The translations under genes and the position numbers were made by a program. This document shows positions 1-9,221 of a stretch of 51,631 nucleotides of DNA, one piece after another (position 1 is the first letter of the stretch; every line of letters begins with the position of its first letter). Source of the DNA: Candidatus Harrisonbacteria bacterium (lineage in GTDB: Bacteria > Patescibacteriota > Minisyncoccia > UBA6257 > UBA11618); assembly GCA_023244835.1 (NCBI GenBank), contig JAHFLN010000003.1, positions 1 through 51,631 of the forward strand, given 5' to 3'. Under the pieces are notes generated by a model, which had not been told where the DNA came from, searched no databases, and saw nothing but the letters and a program-made list of their open reading frames with translations.

Positions 1-2
1 AG

Positions 3-854
3 CCGTTCGCCTTCGAGGGCGGCCAGCGTTCGCGTATCGCGACAGACGCGATCGCGAAGATCAAGGAAAAGGTTGACGCGCTGATCGTGATCCCGAACGA
101 CCGTATTTTTTCCATAATTAACAAAGAGACGTCGATCATCAAGGCGTTCGAAGCGATCGACGAGGTGCTGAAGAACGCGGTCTTGGGGATTGCGGAGCTC
201 ATCACAATGCCGGGTATTGTGAACGTGGACTTTGCCGACGTGAAGGCGATCATGCAGAATGCGGGATCGGCGATCGTCGGCATCGGCACGGCGAGCGGCA
301 AGGATCGCGCGGCGGTCGCGGTTGCCCAGGCCGTGAATTCGCCGCTCCTCGAAACCGCGATAGACGGCGCGCGGGGCGTGCTTTTCTCGGTGTCTGGCAG
401 TCGCGACCTAAAGATGAGTGAAATTCATGATGTGGCGAAGGCAATTACGGATGCGGCGGATCCCTCGGCGAAGATCATCTTCGGCGCATATCATGATCGG
501 AAACTTCGCCAGGGCATGCTGAAGGTCACGATGATCGCGACGTCCTTCGGAGAAGGCGGCCCTCTGTCTCGGAAGTCAGAGCAGTCGGTGATGAACCTAT
601 TCGGCGAGAAGGTCGGCGCGCTTGCCGAATCACCTTTGTTTTCACGCCCCGAAACGCTTAAAGAATCGCGGGGAAAAGATCGCGACGCGTCGCCGCGCGA
701 GCAGGTCGCAGTGCCCGTCGTTTCAGTGAATACGAAGCGTGAGTCATCGAAGCCTATGCCAAAAGAAAAGGAAAAAGAGAAGGAGGAGGATGCGGAAAAA
801 AAATGGTTCGACTTTTTGGATATACCGGCTTTTCAGCGCAAGAAGAAGAAATAA
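3..854 (+). CDS. ftsZ: Cell division protein FtsZ, 5'-truncated by the window edge
   Basis: Frame open from base 3 (PFAFEG...), with IPND, NVDFADV and GIG motifs and the C-terminal DIPAFQRKK tail. Confidence 0.97.
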   Translation, partial: PFAFEGGQRSRIATDAIAKIKEKVDALIVIPNDRIFSIINKETSIIKAFEAIDEVLKNAVLGIAELITMPGIVNVDFADVKAIMQNAGSAIVGIGTASGKDRAAVAVAQAVNSPLLETAIDGARGVLFSVSGSRDLKMSEIHDVAKAITDAADPSAKIIFGAYHDRKLRQGMLKVTMIATSFGEGGPLSRKSEQSVMNLFGEKVGALAESPLFSRPETLKESRGKDRDASPREQVAVPVVSVNTKRESSKPMPKEKEKEKEEDAEKKWFDFLDIPAFQRKKKK

Positions 855-880
855 GAAGGTTTCAGGCGGAGCGTATTATA

Positions 881-910
881 TTGACATTTTACATATAAAT
901 AGGGTATATT
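881..910 (+). promoter_or_regulatory. Sigma70-type promoter of the M15 peptidase gene
   Basis: TTGACA (881-886), 18-nt spacer, TATATT (905-910). Confidence 0.65.
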
Positions 911-989
911 ATACGCGTTACGATCATTGATATATAAATGTGGCGCGCGTGCGCTGCAGCAGGCATTCCAAAGAATCGGAGGTGTGACG

Positions 990-1556
990 ATGTCGAGAAT
1001 TCTCGATAGCGGTATGGGGAGGATCGAGGCTCTTATGGGGAATCCCGCGCGTGACCAATGCCCCGGGGAAATTCTGGATATGCAAGCGCTCGTATCCGTG
1101 CGATATTATTCGTTCGACGGGCTGCTCCACGAGGGGCGGATCCTCGTCGATCGGCGACTCGCGCTGGATATCTCCACGGTCTTCGCGGCGATCGAGCGGG
1201 AGCGGTTTCCGGTTATGAGCGCGATTCCGGTTGCGGATGCGCGTATCGGCTGGAGCGACGACGTGTCGATGGCCCTGAATAACAGTTCGGGGTTCAACTA
1301 CCGTCCGATCACGGGAGGCGGAACGAAGGTGTCGGCGCATGCCCTGGGGCAGGCGATTGACATCAATCCGCTCTTGAATCCGTATGTGAGCCCTGCAGGG
1401 GTCGTGAGTCCTCCGGGCGCGGTGCGGGATGTCTCGAGGCCCGGAACGATTCTTGAGAATTCGTTCCTCGTGAAGCTGTTCGATGAATTCGGGTGGGAAT
1501 GGGGCGGGCGGTGGACGGACCGCGTCGACTGGCACCACTTCGAGAAGAGGTTGTAG
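990..1556 (+). CDS. M15-family Zn metallopeptidase (D-Ala-D-Ala carboxypeptidase-like)
   Basis: NSSGFNYR, SAHALGQAIDINP, WGGRW and DWHHFE motifs; SD GGAGGTG at 978-984 before ATG 990. Confidence 0.88.
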   Translation: MSRILDSGMGRIEALMGNPARDQCPGEILDMQALVSVRYYSFDGLLHEGRILVDRRLALDISTVFAAIERERFPVMSAIPVADARIGWSDDVSMALNNSSGFNYRPITGGGTKVSAHALGQAIDINPLLNPYVSPAGVVSPPGAVRDVSRPGTILENSFLVKLFDEFGWEWGGRWTDRVDWHHFEKRL

Positions 1557-1599
1557 GGCAAATGCGGCGCGATGGTGCCGTATATGGCTCTCTTGACGC

Positions 1600-1638
1600 A
1601 AAAGGCTTTCCTGGAACACGGGAAAGCCTTTTCTTTTT
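1600..1638 (+). terminator. Intrinsic terminator
   Basis: AAAAGGCTTTCC/GGAAAGCCTTTT stem followed by a T-tract. Confidence 0.8.
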
Positions 1639-1682
1639 GCCTAAAAAATGGGGGTATGCGATATTTTCCTTTGTCAAATTTC

Positions 1683-1691
1683 TGTGGATAA
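1683..1691. promoter_or_regulatory. Perfect DnaA box upstream of the RNR gene
   Basis: TGTGGATAA, the reverse complement of TTATCCACA. Confidence 0.5.
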
Positions 1692-1733
1692 GTTTTTATT
1701 TGTCGCCTGCGCCATCCCGTGTACTATCAAGGC

Positions 1734-4010
1734 ATGGCAATCAACAAACCCTCCCAACATCGCTCCCCGAAGGCGATTTTTTCCTTCATTCGGAAGCGCG
1801 ACGGCCGTGTTGTCGCGTTCGACCAGTCGCGCATAACGAACGCCGTCCTGAAAGCGCTTATAGAAAGCGGGGAAGGGGGCATGCCAGAGGCGGAAAAGGT
1901 GTCGGACGCCGTCATTTCGGCAATGCTCAGGCGCAGGACGCCCGAAAGCGTGCCGGGTATCGAGGACATCCAGGACGTGGTGGAGACCCAGCTCATCCTT
2001 CTCGATTACGCGAAGACGGCGAAGTCCTACATCCTCTATCGCTATGACCGTATGAAGCTCCGCGAAGAGGCGCGCGAGGTTCCCGAGCACGTGAAGAAGC
2101 TCGTGAAGGAGTCAAAGCAGTATTTTAGGAACCCGCTTTCAGAATTCATCTATTACCGCACCTATTCGCGGTGGATGGAGAGCGAGGGGCGGCGCGAGAC
2201 ATGGATCGAGACGGTAGACCGCTATATGTCCTTCATGCGCGAGCGGATGGAAGATGCCATAACGCCGCGAGAATACGCCGATATTCGCGAAGGGATACTG
2301 CGCCAGGAATCGATGCCCTCGATGCGGCTCCTCTGGGCCGCGGGCAAGGCGGCGCGCGCGAACAACGCGGCGGCGTTCAACTGCTCATTCGTGGCCCCCA
2401 CGAAGCTCGAGGACTTTGCGGAGATCATGTTCCTTGCCATGTCCGGCTGCGGGGTGGGATATTCGGTCGAAAGCCAGAGCGTGCACCAGTTGCCGCAGAT
2501 CAAGCGGCAAACGGGCAAGTTCTCGCCGACGCACGTGGTCGCTGACAGTAAGGAGGGCTGGTGCGACGCGGTAACGGCCGGCTTGAAATCGTGGTTTTCC
2601 GGCAAGGATATTAAGTTCGATTTCTCGCGCGTACGACCCCAAGGGGCGCGGTTGAACACTATGGGCGGCAAGGCGTCCGGCCCCGCGCCGCTCCAGTCGC
2701 TTTTGGAAATGATACGCAACAAGGTGCTCGCGAAACAGAATCGGCGCCTGTCGACGATCGACGTGCACGACGTGATCTGCAAGATTGGGGAAGTGGTTGT
2801 GGTAGGCGGCGTACGCCGCACCGCGCTTATTTCCTTGTCCGACCTAAACGACGAGGATCTTCGTCACGCGAAGGACGGCGCCTTCTATATAAAGGAGCCC
2901 CAGCGCGCGATGGCGAACAATTCGGCAGTCTATCTCGAGAAGCCGAGCGCCGTGGAATTTATGGAGGAGTGGCTCGCGCTCGCTAGGAGCGGTAGTGGAG
3001 AGCGGGGAATATTCAACCGCGGCGGCCTCCAGCACCAGATGCCCGCGCGTCGTTTCGCCGCGTCGAAGAAGCATCTCGCGATGACGGGTACGAACCCGTG
3101 CGGCGAGATAACCTTACGCTCGAAAGAATTCTGCAACTTGTCTGAGGTGGTGTGCCGCAGGGAGGATACGGAGGAGTCTCTTATCAGGAAGATCCGCCTT
3201 GCGACATTACTCGGCACCTATCAGTGCATGCTTACGGACTATAAGTATATCGGTAAGGAATGGAAGAAGAACTGCGACGAGGAGCGCCTTTTAGGGGTGT
3301 CGCTTACGGGTCAGTGGGACTGCCCGGCCGTGCGGAGTCCGAAGGTTCTTTCGTATCTGCGCGAGGAGGCGATCCGGGTGAACGAGAAGTACGCGAAGAA
3401 GTTCGGTATCAATGCGTCGGCCTCGATCACGTGCGTGAAGCCCTCAGGAAACGTGTCTCAGCTTGTGGACGCCTCAAGCGGCATGCACCCGCGCCACGCC
3501 CCGCACTATATTCGCCGCGTGCGCATCGGCTCGAACGACAGCTTATTCCAGATGATGAAGGACCAGAAGGTCAACTATCATGCGGAAGTGGGGCAGTCGG
3601 TCGACAACGCATCGGTCTTCGTGCTCGACTTCCCGGTGCACGCGCCGAAAAGTTCGATTTACCGGAATGATCAAAGCGCCTTGGAACAGCTCGAATACTG
3701 GAAGATGGTCAAGGAGAACTACACCGAGCACAACCCGTCGGTAACGATCTCGGTCGGTGAGAACGAGTGGCTCATCGCGGCCGACTGGCTGTATAAGAAC
3801 TGGGATATGATCGGCGGACTCTCGTTCCTCCCTCGCGACAACCACGTTTACACCTTGGCGCCGTACGAGGGAATCGACGAGGCGAAGTATAAGGAGCTCG
3901 CGGGACAATTCCCGAACATAGACTTCTCGCAGATCGTGCGCTACGAGCGCGACGACCAAACGCAGGGCTCGAAGGAAGCGGCCTGCGTGGCGGGCGTCTG
4001 CGAGATATAG
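1734..4010 (+). CDS. nrdJ: Class II (adenosylcobalamin-dependent) ribonucleotide reductase with N-terminal ATP cone
   Basis: ATP cone (IRKRDGRVVAFD), FNCS, GGVRRTA, TNPCGEI, TCVKPSG and a C-terminal ACVAGVC cysteine pair; TACTAT at 1722-1727 favours a leaderless ATG at 1734. Confidence 0.9.
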   Translation: MAINKPSQHRSPKAIFSFIRKRDGRVVAFDQSRITNAVLKALIESGEGGMPEAEKVSDAVISAMLRRRTPESVPGIEDIQDVVETQLILLDYAKTAKSYILYRYDRMKLREEAREVPEHVKKLVKESKQYFRNPLSEFIYYRTYSRWMESEGRRETWIETVDRYMSFMRERMEDAITPREYADIREGILRQESMPSMRLLWAAGKAARANNAAAFNCSFVAPTKLEDFAEIMFLAMSGCGVGYSVESQSVHQLPQIKRQTGKFSPTHVVADSKEGWCDAVTAGLKSWFSGKDIKFDFSRVRPQGARLNTMGGKASGPAPLQSLLEMIRNKVLAKQNRRLSTIDVHDVICKIGEVVVVGGVRRTALISLSDLNDEDLRHAKDGAFYIKEPQRAMANNSAVYLEKPSAVEFMEEWLALARSGSGERGIFNRGGLQHQMPARRFAASKKHLAMTGTNPCGEITLRSKEFCNLSEVVCRREDTEESLIRKIRLATLLGTYQCMLTDYKYIGKEWKKNCDEERLLGVSLTGQWDCPAVRSPKVLSYLREEAIRVNEKYAKKFGINASASITCVKPSGNVSQLVDASSGMHPRHAPHYIRRVRIGSNDSLFQMMKDQKVNYHAEVGQSVDNASVFVLDFPVHAPKSSIYRNDQSALEQLEYWKMVKENYTEHNPSVTISVGENEWLIAADWLYKNWDMIGGLSFLPRDNHVYTLAPYEGIDEAKYKELAGQFPNIDFSQIVRYERDDQTQGSKEAACVAGVCEI

Positions 4011-4014
4011 ATCA

Positions 4015-4048
4015 AATAAAATACCGGCCGTACGGCCGGTATTTTATT
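4015..4048. terminator. Bidirectional terminator between nrdJ and dsbA
   Basis: AATAAAATACCGGCCG-TA-CGGCCGGTATTTTATT perfect palindrome. Confidence 0.85.
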
Positions 4049-4060
4049 GTTTGGTTATAT

Positions 4061-4759
4061 CTATTTCTTTAACGCTATATCGATCATCTTCGTAATTTCC
4101 TCGATTGGCTGAGCGCCATTGATAGAGTACTTCTTCCCGTCCGGGCCGACGAGGATGCTCCACGGGGTGCCTTGTGCGCCCGTCGCGATCGCGTTGTCTC
4201 GCTGCTCGTTGATCGTTTTCTCAACATCCGTGCTCGCTTGGCAGGCCGCGAACTGTGCCGCATCAAGCTTTAAGCCGGCCGCGATCTTTCCAAGTTCCGC
4301 GGGATCGAGCTGGTCATTCGAGGGCGTCGCGGCGTAGACCGCGTCGATGTACTGCCAGAAGGCGTTTTGGCCGCCGAGCTTCGCCGCGCATTCGGTCGCC
4401 TTAGCCTCATCGAAGGATTTCTGGTGTAGTTCCTTGATCGGGAAGTGGCGATAGACCCATGCGACTTTCCCGTCATATTTCTTCATAATGTCCTGCATCG
4501 TCATATGGAACCGCTTGCAGAAGGGGCATTCGGTGTCCGAATATTCGACGATCGTGAAGGCCGGCTTCGCCGCGCCGCGGATATGGTCGTTCGGGCCGAC
4601 CGGGGCCATTGCATCGAGGTTTCCCGTTACTGTGTCGACCGCGGAGGCGGGTTGTGGTCCGCTCGATTTCCCGATGCTCCATACGATCGCTCCCGCGACC
4701 ACGATGCCCGCAATGATAATTGCCGCAGGCACGGCATAACTAGTGTTCTTGGTTTCCAT
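4061..4759 (-). CDS. Membrane-anchored DsbA-family thiol-disulfide oxidoreductase
   Basis: N-terminal TM helix, EYSDTECPFC, YRHFP and GTP cis-Pro motif. Confidence 0.9.
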   Translation of the reverse strand: METKNTSYAVPAAIIIAGIVVAGAIVWSIGKSSGPQPASAVDTVTGNLDAMAPVGPNDHIRGAAKPAFTIVEYSDTECPFCKRFHMTMQDIMKKYDGKVAWVYRHFPIKELHQKSFDEAKATECAAKLGGQNAFWQYIDAVYAATPSNDQLDPAELGKIAAGLKLDAAQFAACQASTDVEKTINEQRDNAIATGAQGTPWSILVGPDGKKYSINGAQPIEEITKMIDIALKK

Positions 4760-4877
4760 ATGGATAGAGCGTATCAGAGGGGGGTGGGATTAGGCAATAA
4801 AAAAACCGCCGGACCCCTAGCTCGCATGATGTATGCGAGTTTCGGGATCCGGCAGCGACCGGCTTCATAGGTGTCAA

Positions 4878-5216
4878 TCAGGCTTGGGTTCTCGTGATGG
4901 CCTGCAAGGCATCGCGCTTGCAGAGTTTCACGCCAGGCAGCGCGGCGGTTCTGCAGCACGTTGTGCAGAGACTGTCCGTTTCCACCGTCGTGTGGTGGAT
5001 CGCATGGATGGCGGCATGGCGCTCATCGTCCGATAGACGCCTGCGGCTATGCGTGCCGAGAAGCAGCGCTCGGAATGAGGGCAGTCCTCGGTTGTAGGCA
5101 TGTCGCAGTTCGGCCGCGCGGGCATCGTCGGCATTCCATGCGATTGAGCCATCATCGTTTGCCGGCAACTCCTCTAGTAGGAGTGCCTCAAGGGGCGGAA
5201 TTGTCATCGATCTCAC
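4878..5216 (-). CDS. Hypothetical protein with C-terminal Cys cluster
   Basis: SD AAGGAG 6 nt before GTG 5216; TTGCAT-17-TATAAT promoter at 5291-5263; hairpin plus T-tract downstream (~4797-4856). Confidence 0.55.
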   Translation of the reverse strand: MRSMTIPPLEALLLEELPANDDGSIAWNADDARAAELRHAYNRGLPSFRALLLGTHSRRRLSDDERHAAIHAIHHTTVETDSLCTTCCRTAALPGVKLCKRDALQAITRTQA

Positions 5217-5298
5217 CGAATTCTCCTTGTCGAAAAAGTGCGGGAACTGTCTGAGAGATGGTATTATATCACGGTATTCTGATAAATGCAAGATAACT

Positions 5299-5565
5299 AT
5301 GGCATTCAAGGATGACGTGATGCGGGTTGTGCGGGAGATACCGCGCGGCTCCGCACGCACGTATAAGCAGGTCGCAGTCCTGGCAGGTAAGCCGAAGGCA
5401 TATCGCGCGGTTGGGACTATTTTGAAAACGAACTTCGATCCTGCGATACCGTGCCATCGCGTGATCCGTTCTGACGGGAAGCCGGGGGAGTACAACCGCG
5501 GCGCGAAAAAGAAAGTTGAATTATTGCGTGAGGAAGGGTACTATGGAAAGCGTAATCCGGAGTAG
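5299..5565 (+). CDS. MGMT-family (O6-alkylguanine alkyltransferase-like) small protein
   Basis: IPRG..TY..VA, RAVG and the IPCHRVI active-site motif. Confidence 0.9.
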   Translation: MAFKDDVMRVVREIPRGSARTYKQVAVLAGKPKAYRAVGTILKTNFDPAIPCHRVIRSDGKPGEYNRGAKKKVELLREEGYYGKRNPE

Positions 5566-5627
5566 TTCAATGGTAGAACGCCTCGCTGTTAACGAGGATG
5601 TCGTAGGTTCGATCCCTACCTCCGGAG
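5556..5627 (+). tRNA. tRNA-Asn(GTT), CCA not encoded
   Basis: Acceptor TCCGGAG/CTCCGGA, D-stem GTTC/GAAC, anticodon arm CCTCG-CTGTTAA-CGAGG, T-arm GTAGG-TTCGATC-CCTAC. Confidence 0.97.
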
Positions 5628-5698
5628 CAAGATATATAGTGAATAGCGGTGTGGGTAATTTATTGTGTAATCAAGCGTCGTTATGATAGTATATCCAT

Positions 5699-5923
5699 AT
5701 GAGTAAGTATCACTTTTCGATTATTATCGAGCAGGATTCCGATGGTTTTTTCGTTTCTTGCCCTGAATTACAGGGTTGTTATAGCCAAGGCGAGAGCTAT
5801 GAAGAGGCGCTGCTTAATATAAAAGACGCAATCAAGCTTCATTTGCAGGATCGCTTGGAAAATAAGGAGGGTGTTTCGATGGCACAGTCCGTGAGCTTGT
5901 CTACGGTAGAGGTTGCCGTATAA
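5699..5923 (+). CDS. hicB: HicB-family antitoxin (short form)
   Basis: F.V.CPELQGCYSQGESYEEAL.NI.DAI motif. Confidence 0.9.
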   Translation: MSKYHFSIIIEQDSDGFFVSCPELQGCYSQGESYEEALLNIKDAIKLHLQDRLENKEGVSMAQSVSLSTVEVAV

Positions 5924-5928
5924 GCGAT

Positions 5929-6153
5929 ATGCCCGAATTGCCGCGTATTACCGCTTCGGAAATAATAGCGGTTTTAGAGAAAGTCGGTTTTGTATGCACA
6001 AGGCAGAGCGGGAGCCATAAGATTTTCAAGAACGAAAAAGGATTGCGGGCTACGGTTCCATTTCATTCCGGCGCGATCCTGCACCCAAAGCTTTTAAAAA
6101 GCATCCTTCGCGAGGCGGATATGACCGTCGAGCGTTTAAAGGAATTACTGTAG
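5929..6153 (+). CDS. hicA: HicA-family toxin
   Basis: LEKVGF..RQSGSH and TVPFH motifs; 74 aa. Confidence 0.9.
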   Translation: MPELPRITASEIIAVLEKVGFVCTRQSGSHKIFKNEKGLRATVPFHSGAILHPKLLKSILREADMTVERLKELL

Positions 6154-6179
6154 TGGGTAAAGGGAGCGGGGCAGCGATT

Positions 6180-6278
6180 AATAAACTAAATCCGCTTCTG
6201 TGGGGATAAGTCAGGAATATAGATATACTGGGTATTTTTCTTAAAAAAAGTTCTAACATCCTCCACGATGCGGAGCCA
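6180..6278. repeat. att-like repeat copy 1
   Basis: 6211-6278 matches 6897-6964 at 61/68 positions and ends in CGGAGCCA; 6180-6192 AATAAACTAAATC also occurs in copy 3. Confidence 0.9.
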
Positions 6279-6349
6279 CGTTGGATGAAATTTTTTATCT
6301 AAAAAATCGTCTTATTTACAGGTATGGTGTGATATCCTATCCTTAATAT

Positions 6350-6565
6350 ATGGAAAAACAAAAAGTAAGCCCCGCTTTTCAGCAAGCTACGAAAGCTGTT
6401 GAAAAAATCAGGTCAGTATTACCAAAGCTCACCGAGTCTGAAAAAGCAACGTTGGAAATCTTGCTTGATGAAGAATCGCGCAATCACTTAGCGCAAAGCC
6501 TTAAGGACGCCAAGGAGGGTAATACCGTATCGTGGGAAGAAGCATTGAAAGAGCTTAAGAAGTAA
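6350..6565 (+). CDS. Putative antitoxin of a RelE/ParE-type pair
   Basis: 71 aa with a SL.DAKEG.TVSWEE tail; 1-nt overlap with the downstream toxin. Confidence 0.75.
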   Translation: MEKQKVSPAFQQATKAVEKIRSVLPKLTESEKATLEILLDEESRNHLAQSLKDAKEGNTVSWEEALKELKK

Positions 6566-6852
6566 TGCCGTATTTGATTCGGTTTACTACCTACGCTTTA
6601 AGATTGTTGAAAAAGACCCCGCCCAACTTACAACCATTACTAATCAAGGAGTTAGAAGTTATAAAACAAGCGCCTTATCAAGCGGCGCAATTAAGTGGAA
6701 AGTTTTCTTTTCTGCGCTCATGGCATGTATATCTGCGTGGCGTGCCCTATCGGATCGTGTATGAAGTGCAGGAAAATGGGAAAGAGATTCTCGTGCATGT
6801 GCTCGCTAAGCGTGCCGACGTCTATAAGTTACTTGAGCGTTTATATAAATAG
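6565..6852 (+). CDS. RelE/ParE-family toxin
   Basis: 95 aa, basic, with Y.IRFT..A...L, YRIVYEV and R.DVYK motifs. Confidence 0.85.
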   Translation: MPYLIRFTTYALRLLKKTPPNLQPLLIKELEVIKQAPYQAAQLSGKFSFLRSWHVYLRGVPYRIVYEVQENGKEILVHVLAKRADVYKLLERLYK

Positions 6853-6871
6853 AGAAGAGATACTCAATACG

Positions 6872-6964
6872 CTAAATCTACCCCTATAGAAACAGATCAG
6901 GAATATAGATATGCTCGGTATTTCCCCTGAAAAAAGTTTTAACATCCTCCACGATGCGGAGCCA
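6872..6964. repeat. att-like repeat copy 2
   Basis: Ungapped match to copy 1; last 25 nt identical, ending CGGAGCCA. Confidence 0.9.
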
Positions 6965-7062
6965 AATAGGACGAGTAGGTTTGATGAGGATTATTTTCGT
7001 AATCCTATCGTGAAGTCAGGATTTTTTAGAACAGCGTAGTTTTTTATGCGATTCATGTTCTT

Positions 7063-7092
7063 TTGACAAATGCAAATAAGTTGCATTAAGAT
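7063..7092 (+). promoter_or_regulatory. Promoter with overlapping Fur-family operator
   Basis: TTGACA-18-TAAGAT; the palindrome AATGCAA-ATAAG-TTGCATT (7069-7087) fills the spacer. Confidence 0.75.
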
Positions 7093-7099
7093 GGAGGGC

Positions 7100-7513
7100 A
7101 TGAGTTCCGATCAATCGAAGGAGGTTGCGCATACATATCGCGCTACCCAAGCTCGAACATCCATAATTGCCGTCTTAACTGAGGGGAACGCTCCGCTTTC
7201 TGTCGGGGAGATTCTTGATGTTTTAAAAAAGAGGAAGTCGTGTCCGAATAAGACAACGGTATACCGCCAGCTCGCGACTCTCATAAGGCGGGATATGGTC
7301 AAAGAAGTTCAATTTACCGAAGGCGCGAAAAGATATGAAATGGCCGATACGGGCCATCATCACCATGTCGTTTGTACGCAATGCAAAAGAGTCGAGGATG
7401 TGACGGTGGAGGGGGATTTAGCCGCAGAAGAGAAGATGATTGCGAAGACGAAAAAGTTCAAGGCGTTGAGGCATTCGCTCGAATTTTACGGATTATGTCC
7501 GAAGTGCGCTTGA
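7100..7513 (+). CDS. Fur-family metal-responsive repressor (Zur-like)
   Basis: TTVYRQL, HHHHVVCTQC and terminal CPKC; start placed after the -10 box. Confidence 0.92.
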   Translation: MSSDQSKEVAHTYRATQARTSIIAVLTEGNAPLSVGEILDVLKKRKSCPNKTTVYRQLATLIRRDMVKEVQFTEGAKRYEMADTGHHHHVVCTQCKRVEDVTVEGDLAAEEKMIAKTKKFKALRHSLEFYGLCPKCA

Positions 7514-7518
7514 AAGGT

Positions 7519-8289
7519 ATGGAAAATCCTATTAGGAAATTATACGGAAAGCTCACAGCGCTTAAAACTTATACGCCGTCGGAAGAGGTGAATGGGCTTT
7601 TTGTCGAATTGGTGCGGCTCGCATTAGGTCCAGACGATAAAAATACGCTTACTGCGGAGGAGATGGATAAGCTACAGGTCATTTGCGGGACAGCCGAATA
7701 CGAATTAGAGAAATATTGGGCTGAGAAGATAGTGCGAAGCGATGATCCGAAAGGGGTAATGGAGGATTTTCCTTATATGGAAAATTACCAAAAGCTTACG
7801 CGGATGGAATGGTTTTCCCTGCTCTCATGCGAAGCGCATGAGGAGCATGGGATATTTTTCGCCGGGGGCGGTCCGTTGCCCCTTACGGCGATCCTTCTAG
7901 CAAGGGATTATGGCCAGAAAGTAACTGTGGCGGATATCGATGCCGATGCGTGCGATTTTTCAATGCGCCTTGTAAAAGCGCTCGGTTTGGATAAAAAAAT
8001 AACCGTTATCAATGCCGATGCGGCTGAATACGAGGGGTACGGCGGCTTTAACGTCATTATCGTCGCTGCCTTAGCGGGATTGGAAAAGGGCATGAAAGGC
8101 AGGATATTAGGAAAGATAAAAAAGCACGCGCTTCGCGGAGCGCATGTGCTCGCTCGGAGCAGTTGGGGTATGAGGGAATTATTATATCGTCCTCTTGAGC
8201 CGGAGGCATGCGATGGTTTCAAGCGAATTATCGAAGTGAGGCCGCGGAACGATGTCGTAAACTCAATCGTGATTTTCAAGAATTCCTGA
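7519..8289 (+). CDS. Nicotianamine synthase-family protein
   Basis: AEYELE.YWA, FPYMENY..L, GGGPLPLT, AALAG, R.LLY and VVNSIVI motifs typical of NAS. Confidence 0.85.
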   Translation: MENPIRKLYGKLTALKTYTPSEEVNGLFVELVRLALGPDDKNTLTAEEMDKLQVICGTAEYELEKYWAEKIVRSDDPKGVMEDFPYMENYQKLTRMEWFSLLSCEAHEEHGIFFAGGGPLPLTAILLARDYGQKVTVADIDADACDFSMRLVKALGLDKKITVINADAAEYEGYGGFNVIIVAALAGLEKGMKGRILGKIKKHALRGAHVLARSSWGMRELLYRPLEPEACDGFKRIIEVRPRNDVVNSIVIFKNS

Positions 8290-8291
8290 TC

Positions 8292-9221
8292 ATGGATAAG
8301 ATTCCCGTATACCTTATACACGGTTCGCTGGGTAGCGGGAAAACGACCGTTTTGAACAGGCTTATCGGTTCGGGCGTTTTTAACAATGCCGTTGTGGTTG
8401 AAAACGAGTATGCCGACTATAACTTCGATAAGGATATGATCGTGGGAAAAACGAAAGTATTCGGCGTTTCAGGGGGCTGCATATGTTGTTCTTCGGGACA
8501 AGAGTTATTCGATGCTCTTCATGAAATTGGGGGCGCGAAGGGCAACGGACCCCTTTTCATAGAGACGACCGGAGTTGCGAGCTCTGTCAGACTGGTGAGG
8601 CAGCTGATGCTGTCAGGCGAGTTCGAGGATAAATATGAACTAGTTCGTAATATCCTGGTTTTAGATATTCTGGAAGACGACCTTAGGGTTATCATGAAGG
8701 AGAAGGCTCTCGATGTCGTTATGGCGGACCTAGTCATACTTAATAAGGCTGATTTGGCATCGGCGGACGTAGTCGAAGAATTCAAGCATTTCATCGGGAC
8801 CGTTTCCGATGCGTTGGTTTTCGTGACGGAATATGGCGCGGTTGACGCGGATATGGTTCGGTCGGTTTCGAAATCGCGGGCGGACAGGGTCTTGCTCGAT
8901 AACATGGGTTGTTTCTCCGGTGACGGCGCGGACCACTCGAAAGATATTCTGTACCAAGTGATATATCCAACCGTCAAAATTGCCGCGGAAGAGCTGATAT
9001 CGGAAATCAAGTCATCATGCGCGCGTTCGGGTATGGAAATAACCAGGATCAAGGGCGTATGCACGGATCCTGCCGGGAAGAGATTCTCGATACAGGCGAC
9101 AAAAAGCAATCATGCGATACTGCCGGTTACGGGCGGGCATGATGATGTGCTGGTCATGATCGGCAAGAACGTTACGAAGGAAAATATCAGGCCGTTGATG
9201 CTCCGACTATGCAAGAACTGA
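8292..9221 (+). CDS. COG0523/CobW-family G3E GTPase metallochaperone
   Basis: GSLGSGKTT, ENE, GCICC, ETTGVA and NKAD motifs. Confidence 0.9.
   Translation: MDKIPVYLIHGSLGSGKTTVLNRLIGSGVFNNAVVVENEYADYNFDKDMIVGKTKVFGVSGGCICCSSGQELFDALHEIGGAKGNGPLFIETTGVASSVRLVRQLMLSGEFEDKYELVRNILVLDILEDDLRVIMKEKALDVVMADLVILNKADLASADVVEEFKHFIGTVSDALVFVTEYGAVDADMVRSVSKSRADRVLLDNMGCFSGDGADHSKDILYQVIYPTVKIAAEELISEIKSSCARSGMEITRIKGVCTDPAGKRFSIQATKSNHAILPVTGGHDDVLVMIGKNVTKENIRPLMLRLCKN

Noticed and set aside
6298-7030. Inverted 11-mer TCTAAAAAATC / GATTTTTTAGA as transposon ends
   Set aside because: Low-complexity AT-rich sequence with no target duplication, and it spans an att-like repeat; probably chance.
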